Positions 42,960 through 54,686 of a DNA stretch of 64,000 nt are shown here, one piece after another (positions within the stretch are counted from its first letter, which is position 1; each line of letters opens with the position of its first letter). The notes under the pieces are model-generated. The model was not told the DNA's origin and did no database searches. It saw only the letters and a program-made list of their open reading frames with translations. The position numbers and the translations under genes were made by a program. The stretch is taken from contig OZ199838.1 in the NCBI GenBank assembly GCA_964304625.1, positions 14,875,907-14,939,906 of the forward strand, given 5' to 3'. Source of the stretch: Kudoa neothunni. Taxonomy: Eukaryota; Animalia; Cnidaria.

Positions 42960-43688
42960 TTAGCTTTTTTCTATCGCGCTCCACTTTTTCTTGAAAAAAA
43001 GTTCCGGGCCCTATTTCTTTGAAAAGTATTGATTCTTTTTACTTAATCGATCGATAATTTTGAATAAAATTCCTTATCAAATTAAAATTTGAAAACGATT
43101 CATATATATTTCTTTTCTCACTAAAATCAAAATGTGTTCGATCAAATCTAATTTAATTTATCGATGGACCTTAAGAATTAACATCTTAAGCTCTTCATTC
43201 CATCAAAAACATCATCAAATGGAACTCTTGGTGATCGAACCTTCGTTAGGAGAGACTTTCGTGTATACGAGGTTGATGAACCAAAAATAAAGAGTATGAA
43301 TACAAAATTAATCAACATTATATTAAGTTTATTCAAAAAATGGGTTACATGATTCTAAATGAGACAAGTTTGAGATTCAAGCCATTCTGATTCCATTCGG
43401 GTTAAGTGCACGTTAAATATTATTATTAATTTTGATGTAATTAGTCGTTGCTGTCTGTATCTTTATGTGATTAATCGTCATTTAAAAATAAGCGATATCG
43501 AAATCGCGATATTGACTTCAAGGTTCGTCATACCGCCAAAGTATCTCACTATTATCCGTGCCACACCAATATTCCGAATTTTATGCGTCATATCAGCACG
43601 GTTTAATAAAAGTTCAAAAATTTCGATGCCCTACCAAAATTATTTCACGCCTCGCCAGTGGGGAATGGGATCCACGTTGGGAAACACT
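42960..43688. mobile_element. hAT MITE, SINE-free sister copy of 26555-27763 (inverted)
   Basis: Ends GTTGGGAAACACTG; reverse complement aligns with 27070-27745. Confidence 0.8.
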
Positions 43689-45818
43689 GCTGTAATCTAA
43701 AGTTAACAATTTAAAATGTGCTTTAGCAATTTGTAGAATATATCCTAATGGTTCTTATTTATTATATCGAAAATCTTATTATATTGATAAATTGCTTTAG
43801 ATTATTTTTCTTACTTTTAAGTATTCAAAAAATCATAAAAAAGTAATAATTATGGCGTTATATTTATACTTTAGTATGAAAATGATGGATAAACAACTTT
43901 GAAAATGAAACTACACAATTTCAGGTGAATATGCCCCTGGGAGTTAACAGGATTTTGAGGGATCCATCTTGTTCATGCTCGTCACCTCCTAATTAAAAAT
44001 CAGGCTCACTTCCTCGATGTAACTTTAAATTTTTGCCCAGACACCTATGTGTTATTAAGCGATATTACACATTTAATTTAGGAAAATAATTTAAAAAACT
44101 ATCATTGATAAGTTATTCGGAATTGAATAGTTTTATTCAATATAATTTCTACATTGGTAATTTTATTTATAATCAGTTTTCGTTATGATGGCTTAGATTG
44201 GATTAAATTTTTAACAAATGCAGTTTCACAAAATCGGATGTTTTACACTCTTCTTATATTAAATAACTAGTTTCATCACATAAATTTAGAGTTGTTTTGT
44301 TTCAATCAAAAAATAACAAGAAAGTTCTAGTTAATATGCCCAGAATGACTTTTTATATAAATTATTCACCAATACATTAGGAAGAAACTGAGACGAACAA
44401 ATACTCGCTCCCGATTATTTCAAAGTTCTTAAAATAAACGAAAGCTTTACTAATTTTAAAGAATATTTTTCCATATTGAGCTCATTGAGCGCATTGAATG
44501 TATTAAGCCATGGCGGACCCTCGCAAATACACTTGGGAAGCCCCGCTCTCAGTAAACCTAAAAAAGCCAATTTCAAGGAGATCGACATAATCCTGATAAT
44601 TTATATGAGTTTTATTAATTTGAAAGCATACTTAAAAATCCCACACATTAATACATCTGGAGAGAAACTATCTCTAATCACATTTAGAGTTTGACCTCAA
44701 TTCGCATTTTCTACTTCAATGACCTAAATTAATGAGTATATTTTGCAGAGTTTCTAGTTATTTATAAGAATAAATATACATCAATTTAAAAGTATTACTA
44801 CCATTTATTCGAATTGAAGAATTATTGGTTCTAATATTAAGAAACTGATTTAAAATTCCCCTTCCTCTTAGTTACTTAAATGTTGGCGATAAATTGGAAT
44901 AATTATTAAAAAATTTAAAATTCAAAAATAATAATTCAACTGAATCTAAAGATTGCTATGGTTATTCTAATGGGAGGATACTATCCTAATTAGATGTGGG
45001 CCCGCATCATGTTTAAACTAAAAACTCCTACTTATAAGTTATAACTACGGGTCGCTGTTCTCGATTTTAATCGTCGAATTCTCAAAAAAGTTTAGACGTT
45101 TATTTTCCAGGAATATTCGAGAACTTCCGTAAAATATGAAATGAGTAGTAACTGGAAAGAAATTGATAGGTTTCTTGTTGAATGGACCAACATAGAGAAG
45201 AGGGAAAATGAATTAACCTGTAAATATTGAAAAGTGAAATTATCCTTACAAAAAATAGAATTCACAAGCAAATAAATCAAAGAAACATCACCAAAAAAGC
45301 GTTTCAAGACACTTCTCGGCCAGTTATTTTTTAGAGATAGAGAAAATGGCGAAATTAATAAAAATTTAGATTCTATAATTGTTCTCGATGTTTTTTCGCG
45401 GAGATTCTTGTTCGATTTTTTTAATTTGAAGTTTTCAAATATACGCGCAAGCGCACTGATGGACCAACAAAAAAACGTCGATTTTAGTTGTCGAACTTTT
45501 TAAAAATAAACGTCGAAAACTACGATCCATACTTATAACTAACTTATAATTTAAGTTATAAATGATATTCGCAGTTAATTAAAAAGTGCTATATTAATTG
45601 TTTCTGAACATCCGCTGCGCTTCCAAGGGTGTATGTAATTAAAAATAATCAAGACTAGACCTATCCCCATTTTATGGTTCGTAAGAATAATTAATCCTTT
45701 AAAAGAGCCTCAAGTCTTAATTTATAGAAGCGTTTTTCTGATAGCATATATAAACAGAAGATTCTTTTATCACGCCGCAAAAAATCGAACAACGTTGACG
45801 AAATATAAAAAATAAAAT

Positions 45819-47057
45819 CTACACGTTATCATTATCAATTAATGCGGTTGGCTGTGTTTTTTTAAAGTATTGATTTATAAGCAGAGTGAGTAAAATGATA
45901 GAAGAATTAATCAAAAGTAGATTGGAATTAATTTCTTTGAGAGAATTCGATTGAACTATCGCTACCAAATAAGCCAAAGTGGAAAATGTCACTCCTATCG
46001 ACGCTATAGATCCTACATTTGAGCTCATTTTATCATCCGTCATTGTTAATGTTTTCATGCTGGAGTAGACAATTGAAAACAACACAAGCAATAGAATATA
46101 GATTCGATATGGGATTTTTCGACCCAATTTAGTTTCCCCACCAGACACTTGATTGATTGCTTCTTGGATAAATCCAAGCGATACAAACACTGCAAGGAGA
46201 TCTCCAAGTGGAAACCATTCAATTGGTTGTTGCATCATCGACAATCCTGCGACACATGTGTAAAATATGAGCGGATATTTGACCAATAGTTGAAGATATC
46301 TCGTCAAATAAGAGTAAATATATGCCACAAATAAAGTCAGTAACATATGACCTTCACAGTCATTTCTAAAAACTTTTAAATTAACAAGAAAATTCGTCGA
46401 ATACACATTACATTAGAAAGTCGAAATTTGTACAATACAAATATGCCATAGTGATAGGTATAGTTATGGCGCATATGTTAGATATATCAAAATAGGATAA
46501 TTTGATATTTTCATCGACTGTAACTTTCATATCCATTTCTTCAACTTTCTCATCTTCCTATTATTATTATTATTATTAAAAATCTGATTATTTTGTAGTT
46601 GTTTAGGAAACATGTAATCACATACTGATTTTGTATAAAATTCAAAAGGACTGACCAACGTTTTAAACAGATAAAACGGCGGGAAAAAACAACTTTTTAA
46701 TAAATTTGTTACTACGAACAAATTAGCGAAATCAAGCCACACGTTTCCCATGGAAAGCAGCTCTTGATTGTGGTTGTAAAATGCGATTATCCATGCACTA
46801 GGTGTAGCTAATAGGTATGTTTGTTTTAAATTTTGAAATTCACACATTTTCAAAGTAGAAGTGTAATAAAGTTTCAGTTTTTCCAGCATAAAAACAGATT
46901 CGGTTTTTGGTGTAGTTTTTTTGGGATTCATTTTAAACTGTGGTCTTTGACATGTTTTATTTATTTTGGATTGATTTGTCAACGATCTGTATACGACACC
47001 TGTTTTTGTGTGATTTTTAATGATCGATTCGCTCAGAAGAAAGCCCCTCGTGAGCAT
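45819..47057 (-). CDS. Highly diverged COQ2/UbiA-like membrane protein lacking the Asp-rich motifs
   Basis: Exons 47057-46626, 46557-46412, 46365-45819 join in frame. TYLLATPSAWII resembles COQ2 TWLLYLPCTWSI; DEKVE ~ DKNVE; YSYLTRYLQ ~ YPFSKRYVQ; EA...TKL matches the neighbour; intron phases (0 then 2) match the neighbour. An upstream ATG at 47090 is an alternative start. Confidence 0.7.
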
Positions 47058-47120
47058 TTCAAAATATGAACATGCACGCATGCGCCACAATAAAAATTAA
47101 TCCTTTATTGAACTCACACT

Positions 47121-47150
47121 CATATATATATATATATATATATATTTATA
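47121..47150. repeat. (AT)n microsatellite between COQ2 and its paralogue
   Basis: CATATATATATATATATATATATA directly visible. Confidence 0.9.
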
Positions 47151-47168
47151 TGTAATATATAACTTAAG

Positions 47169-48440
47169 TTATAAATCAGAAAGTTGGCTCTTCTGCCTAG
47201 AGTATAATAAATCTAAAATTAGACCAGTAAATATTATCAACGCCAAATTGATGGAACCCTTAAAAATAGGCCCAAGGGTTTTAATATTTCTTGTGTCAAG
47301 ACGATTCAAATCTCTCATATAATACAACGAGGCGACAGCTAGTGAGAGATAAAAAGGCCAATTCTTATCGGTAATATAACCACAAAATCCAAGGGAAACT
47401 ATAGACCCCGCCATGAATGCGGAGATACTCGTCTTGGCATGTTTATGTCCGAAATATCGAGCATATGAATTAATATTGAGTTTTGTATCATCTTTGAGGT
47501 CTTGATAGGAATACACCGCTTCGTAAACCAAAGTATAAGCGATGTAAGCAAGTGCCATAGGAACAGCACTTTGGAGATCAATATTTAACTGTAACGCTTT
47601 GTAGACAATAGGAATTGCGACGGCATTAACACTAGCTAACACAATTGAAGGAATTTGTACATATCTTTTTGAAAAAGGGTATAGCGTAATCCCTACAGCT
47701 CCCAACAATCCATAGGGGAAACTAAATTGTATTATAGTTAAATAGAGTTTCAAAAGGGGAGGATTATTTTTGACGAGTTTAATGATAAAGAAGTTCACCA
47801 TTCTAATGGAAGACTAAGAAGTATTCCTAATGAAGCAGTCATAAGTCCACCAAGAATAGTTAATGCTTCACCGGTGGTCACTGATTGTGTTGCTAACGGT
47901 CGATTCTTTGTTCGTTCAACCTACAATATAGAGTCATTTATCCGACTTAACACCATTATTGACTTTACATTCTTATCAATATCCATATCTATGAGATCAT
48001 TAATCACACATTGGGCAGTTCTGGTGAAAAATGAGCCAAGCATTAATTTTGTAAACAGCAAAAGGTCAGGAAGCTGACCAGGTTCTGTCAAAAATCCCAA
48101 GGCCCACATAGCTGGTGCAGCAACAAAAAGTATTGCCTGTGGTTTATCCAACCTCATCAATTCCAAATATTTGTTCCTTTTTAGTTGGTTTTTAGTTTTG
48201 TTTTCGTTGTCGTTGTTCAACGCTGAGCATGGAGATATCTCCTGAGTCGAAGATGTAGATAAGTGAGTTGATTTTAATAAAATTGTTTTAGATGTGGATG
48301 GAAAGCAGATTTTATCAACATTATTCGATAAATAGCGATGTAAGCTTAAGGAGAATTTATTATTTGTATTGATCGCGCTGCCAAAGTGTCTAAACAGTTT
48401 TATTGTAATAACAAATATAAATTAAAACTAACCTTCCCAT
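47169..48440 (-). CDS. COQ2: 4-hydroxybenzoate polyprenyltransferase
   Basis: YLELMRLDKP, RTAQCVINDLIDMDIDKN|VERTKNRPLA, YPFSKR, YEAVYSYQDLKDD; introns 47921-47968 and 47722-47798 plus a 5' intron; Ser/Thr/Lys-rich N-terminal extension. Confidence 0.93.
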
Positions 48441-48741
48441 TAGGCGACATTCTAAGACATAATTAAACCTTAAGTTAATTTAAATTCATTTAAATAGGAA
48501 GAATTTACATCTAACACCACTACAACACGCGAACTTAAAAATCCGATCAATTAATTCACACGTGGTCGGTCATTGGAATTGGACGTTTATTCGTTCCATG
48601 CAATAAAAAAAATTCTACTTATTTTTCATCGAGTTTGTTGGGATCAGTGTAACTTTATAATTTTTAAATGACGATGACTTGCACTTTGAAATAGATACGA
48701 ATTTTTTAAATCTTATTTTATTATCAGTCTACAATTTAGAG

Positions 48742-49930
48742 CAGTGGTTCGTAACCTTTCTTCCTTGCGGATCCCTAATGTTTTCAATGGACTTATCACG
48801 GGTCGCATCTTGTTTCAATGCATCATCCAATCTAGATATAAGTGTTAAACCCTTTCGTTCCCCTTATTCATTACAGTGGACTGATAAAATTCAAATTGTA
48901 TATAATTTTAATATTACTCTAATTTAAAAAATTATCGATGCAAAACGAAAATTCGGGACGAGAGGTTTAACTTGGATTATTTATCCAATATTTCCTATTT
49001 TATTAAAATATTTGTTATGTAAATTGATTATGTCTTTAAATATATATTAAAAATCTTGAATCACCAAGACATGAATTAATTTTGATAATAAAATAAAAAA
49101 ATTAACAACTATGAAAGCCTTCCCAATAATTTTTTAGAAATTAATGAAATTCTAACCAAGTATAGACAATGACGCATAATATTTTAAAATAAAAAAATGT
49201 AATGATATTTATTGAATTATTATGTATACATGACTGAATGTTTAAAAGTAAAATCCATGAAATTTTTAACTCAAAATTCTTTTGTAATAATCGAAATATA
49301 TTATATACAAAAAATCTCTATTTTCGTTAATTACTGGGCTTATTAGAATAAGTAGTTAACAAAGGAGGAATGATTATATAATAGAATGCGAGATTAATGC
49401 AAAAACCTATTTTTTATATAAATAATAGTCATTAAAAGGATATTTAATGAGACTTTGGTAGTTGATTTTTATCAATAAATTCACAAAATTCTGACAAATT
49501 ATCTGAAAGAGCAACACACATTAAACGATTTCGTTACTTTTTTTATGGTAACCAGCATGGAAATCTAGTTTCGCAATATTAGGTTGTTATAAAATGCGTA
49601 ATCAATCTAATTGTATACTTTGCATCATGAGGAAATATTTTTTGGAAATTTTTAGTTTTTATCAAATAACCTACTTTATAGCTTTCGTTTATAAAATACA
49701 ATATGACACAAGGAAATTTTGTAATAAATATCAAATATTAATAAGGAACAATCACGCAAGGGTATGTTTGAAACTTTTAATAATTATGTTATGTTAAAAA
49801 TACCTAATTATAATGAATGCACGATGATAAAATTGGATGCGGATTTTACTGAAAATTCTCATGGAACCCCCTTGGATTCGTACTCGGACCTTTTAGGGGT
49901 CCGTGAACCTCAGGTTATAAAACGCTTATT
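48742..49930. mobile_element. Degenerate hAT/Charlie-like MITE
   Basis: CAGTGGTTCGTAACCT...GCGGATCCC start and GGGGTCCGTGAACCTCAGGTTATAAAACGCT end. Confidence 0.55.
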
Positions 49931-50255
49931 TAGAACCTAAAAATATTTCCCTTATTGTTGATAATAATGATTGAGCTAAAAAATTAAAAATTTTTGTAAG
50001 TATAAAGAAAAAGATGTAGATATACAAACAATCTTATGCTTGCATTATTAAACTCGAATTAATTTCCCAAAAAACTGTCTAAATGAAAAATTTTAATAGC
50101 GTAAAGACGATTAAAAAGTAAGCGAATGAAAACTTCAATATAATTTATAATGAGCACAAAAAACCGGCTACGTAAACTACGTAAAACACAAAACTATATG
50201 ATACACTTAGCTAATTCACTATGTTTGTCCACTATTACATGAATCTCTCGATCGA

Positions 50256-52517
50256 TCATTTTCTGGATTTCTTAGTAGATGGGCCAGACACAACGCCGCC
50301 GGTAAACTCATCAAGCAAAAGAGCAGATGCGGATCGAATTGAGTTTTTATTAGTGTTTTTAGGAACTCGAACTTTATAATGATTCAATTTCGATATTGGC
50401 TTAACATTCGTTGATTCTTTCGCACCTCGAGAGTAGTTCTTATCTTTGGACAACAGACGTTTGGAAATTTCAGTGGGTTTTTCTCGGATAGCAAACGATT
50501 CGGCCAAATGACCTTGATGAAGGTTTCTCAAACAGAATATTTGTTTGAGTGCTCGTGGATAGCTGGTGTAAGCTTTAATAGTTGAGTTGTAGGCCTTTAG
50601 AGCAAGCGAGTATAAATCGTCGGTTGAAACAGCTTCTCTAATCTCACGAAAAAGTGACGTTGCATCATCTTCCAAATTTTTAGTATTTTTCGATATTTTT
50701 TGATAGAGCGAGTAGATATTAAGCTGTTCAATAGAAAGATGACTTTTATATAGTAGGTCCATGTAAGACATTTCGTGCGGATCCAAGAAAAGCAATGCGT
50801 TACCATTGTTTCCGATACGACATGTTCTACCAACTCGATGAACGTATTCTTTGATTTCTCTCGCAGGATTAAATTGGATGATCCAGTCAACACAAGGAAA
50901 ATCAAGGCCACGAGCAGCAACATCGGTCGTAAAAAGAATACATTGGTTGTGTCTAGAAAACATCTCATAAACGTGAATTCTTTCTTTAATCTCCATGGAA
51001 CCATGTAGTAAAAGATACTAAACAAATTTATCCATAAGAGCCATTCCATGAAATATTCTTACCTTAAAATTAGAGGGTGATAACGATGGTATGATTAGGC
51101 GACTGAGATTTTGAAATAGTTGACAGTGGAAATCAGCCGAAGCAACACTACTAAAAAATATGATAATTCTTAGGCTGTCGTTGTTGTTGTTGCTTAGCGA
51201 AACAATATATTTAATCATCCACACTAGAGCAATAAGACGAAGTTTGGTAGGAATTTCAATTATGAGTTGTTTAAGATTGGTTGGATAGTCAAATTCAGCC
51301 GAATTGGTTCCACCTGCGACATCGTTAAGTTGATTTTCGTTACCAACATCATCAATACACACAGCTGTTTCTAGATTTTGGATACAATTTTCTAAACTGA
51401 CAGTTTCCTTCGATGCATCAACAAAATAGGTATTTTCACGGAAAATCTGAGAGAAAAAATCAATGAATTTCTTCGAAAGTGTGGCCGATAAAAATATTTT
51501 CTGACATCCATTCATCACCTCTGATGGTATGCAATCCTTGATTTCTTGAAATTTTCTTTCGTAACCCATATCAAGCAGTAAATCAGCTTCATCAACAACA
51601 AAACATTCTAGATTGCTCAAATCTAGACATTTAGTATGAACCAAATGATCGTGCAATCTTCCAGGTGTAGCAACAACAATATTGAGTCCTTTTCGAAGTC
51701 TAGACTTTTCCGCTTTTCTCTTATCACAACCATACAATCCACCAGGTACAATCCATACAAAATTCCTAAAATAAGCAAGTATGAAAAGTAAATCGACAGT
51801 GCTGTTCAAAAATCACACCTACCTACAAATCAAAGTGAGTATGTCAGTGATTTGTTTGGCCAACTCTTTCGTTGGTACCAATATGAGGGCAAACACACCA
51901 TCTTGTCTGCTGATTTTGGGGTCCTTTTTAATGAGACGATCAATAATAGGGACCAGAAATGCTAACGTCTTTCCTGATCCAGATGGAGACTTGATGAGAG
52001 TATTTATACCCTTCACAATAGTGGGCCATGACAATCTCTGAACTACAGTTAAATGATTCGAATTAAGATAGGTCTTTAAAGCTGTTCTCAACCTCCTATC
52101 AATATCTTCAAAACCATCCAAATCAATTTTGTTATCAAACAGGCTATGGTCTATGGTGGAATCTATTTTCCTTATATTTGTAGGTGTTTTCGTAGCTAAT
52201 TTTTCTGCCTCTCTTATCACATTGAACAGTGGTCTATATTTCTTAGGATTGTTTGCAATTGGTTTTGGATCTGTTTTTTCTTCTGTTTGATTAGATTTTG
52301 TGACATTAAAGGAAGCTTCGGTTTTTATAAGCCTCGTATTGGGTCTGTTAATATTGAAAGGTGTACTGTCAAACATCCTTTTCCGGCTCCCTTTGTTATT
52401 TTGGGGTGATTTGTGCAAAATGGAATCATTCGGCAATTTAACAATTTCTTTCTTTGCAGAAAACTTGGTGGGGTTAATATGGAAATTTATAGTAAGGGAA
52501 GAACCATCGAAATCCAT
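50256..52517 (-). CDS. DDX31: DEAD-box RNA helicase DDX31/Dbp7
   Basis: SPSGSGKTLAF, ISRQDG.FALILVPTKELA, WIVPG...KRKAEKSRLRKG.NI..ATPGRL.DHL, DEAD, SAT, LLHGSM, DVAARGLD, YVHRVGRT, LHQGHLAESFA; only two introns. Confidence 0.95.
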
Positions 52518-53188
52518 CTCAGGGGCGACGGCCAACTAGATTATTAGTGTTGCGTACGCACACTGACATGAATATATTATCTAGGGCTAATTTTTATTCC
52601 AAGCTAGCGTAATTACTAAACTTATTTCGAAATTTTGTATTTAATATTTTGAGAAACCAGTTAGAATACGTTTTATTTATGTCGCACATGCGTCTGCGAA
52701 CTTCAGGACACACAAACACACGAACAAGGGATTTTAAATGTATATATATATTTAAGATGTGTATCTATAGTATTTTTGGATTATTTATAAAAAATATAAA
52801 GATTCTGAAATCTTGTAGTGGTTTGTTTGCGCAAATTTAGATATAATAATTGGTCTCAATAGATATAGATACTCCAACAAAAATCGTGTCAAATTATATG
52901 AATCCTTGATTATAATCGATAAACTTGGTTATCTCGTGATCAAAGAAAATATAGAAAGCATATTTATTTAAAAATAATAATGTTAATGTGATTCCAAATG
53001 AATCAGTTTAGGACGAAAATTATACATAATCATTTTTCTTAAAAATTAGGTAAAGTATTAAATTTAAATTGTTAAAGTTTTTATTATTTTAGCTAAATTA
53101 TACTTCCCATAAAAATGTGTTTTGTGTAATTATTCAGAAAATTATAAAACAATGGCAGAAAGAAATATACTTTCTTTTCCCTTCATCA

Positions 53189-53644
53189 TTTTTTTTGTTT
53201 GCGAGATCAAACCCCTGGCGCAACTTGTTAGGCTGTGAGGTTCGGCCGACCTTCTCCATTTACGCTTTGCTCTATGTGCCGCAGCCTCATATTAAGGCGA
53301 CTTAGGTTTATGCGGTATTGTGGGATTTTAACCCATTAAACATCCTAGCTACGGCAGCAACAACCACCCCAAACCATACCCAGGACTTACCCAGAATTAT
53401 TATGGGAGAGTCGTCTGAATGAGGGCGTCGGCTCTACAAAAATCTCCAACTGGGTTTTATTAAGTTCCTGTACCCTGGCGTTTATGAGCGCCAGAGTCCT
53501 CTCCCAGCTGCAAGCAAGACCACGATAAATCGTAGATCCTTACGATTACTTCAGCCTTCCTACTTAATTTCGGATTAGGAGTACAATAACGCCGGGACCA
53601 GGCCTCGAAACTCGCAACCTCACAGTATGCCATATTGTTCAGGC
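53189..53644 (-). mobile_element. tRNA-derived SINE, copy 2
   Basis: Collinear with 26569-27066; part of the tRNA head deleted between TATGCCAT direct repeats. Confidence 0.8.
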
Positions 53645-54686
53645 AATACGATTATCCATGATTTAAATGAAAACTGCTTATCTAATGGTTAAAAATACGT
53701 TTTTTCAGCATGATGTACTAACTTAAACTAAAGTATGCTATAGATATTAATGAAGAAAATTAGAATAAGCAATAGTAGAACCAGGAACCACAATAATGTA
53801 ATCATCCCCACAGTCAAATGTGGAACAACCGGTTTGTTGTAAGAAGATACGGATGGGAACACTTTTATGCAATTCAAATCTATTTTACCGTGCGCAATGT
53901 AAGTTCAAATAATTATACACTTCTTTAACCAGCGAGACTAAAATCTTTCCTGGTATTAATTTTTGTGCAATACTATGTTGGGATGGTCAAATTATAAAAT
54001 CGGATTTTTCAAACTATTTTTGTTCAATGTTATATTTTTGTCAGTACTCTTCGATTCTTCGAAACTTTCAACATTCAAAACCGACTCCAAAATTATTTCA
54101 TTCCCGTAACAAACCATTAAATAGTTATTTCCTTGTTTAGAAATAAAAAATATGTAATAATACCAATTATTTGTTGAATTAAAGTAATAACGTGTTTATT
54201 GCAATATTTAAACGTCTCACTTTAGAACAAACAAAGATTTATTAGACCTAAAATTATCCTTAGCTTATTTACTAAATTAAATATCAATATTATAATAAAA
54301 AACAGTATCCAAAAATATTTTTCTTCGCTCGTTCGTTCAATGGCAAACTAAAATGTTCTTTTTCCCTCATTTAATTAAAAAAATATAAATAATTAATATT
54401 TTATTTCTCTCATTAATTTAACTTTTTATATTTTAATTGGACAGTGGTAAGTCGAATTCTTGCAAACGTTTTAAGCAAGCGTATAACAAGGTATTTGGAT
54501 CGGTTATTATGGAAACTTTCAGACCTCGTACCAATCCAAAAAATGTTGTCAAATAAGCTCTAAATAAAAATTATAATTAATCAGGTAGATCATGTATAGA
54601 CTAGAATACTCGATTTATGAATTATGAATATGCAAAATATATTCCACGCACGCGTTAACCACAACGAGGTAAAATCATTGCATGAA

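Noticed and set aside
43920-45330. Possible minus-strand gene fragments including an in-frame TGA near 44697
   Set aside because: No consistent spliced frame, no redox motif and no SECIS; insufficient to call a gene or second selenoprotein.
46558-46625. Poly-Asn tract and VCDY as a remnant Asp motif in ORF 46527-47090
   Set aside because: This segment is best read as a GTATGT...TAG intron; the (AAT)n repeat is intronic.
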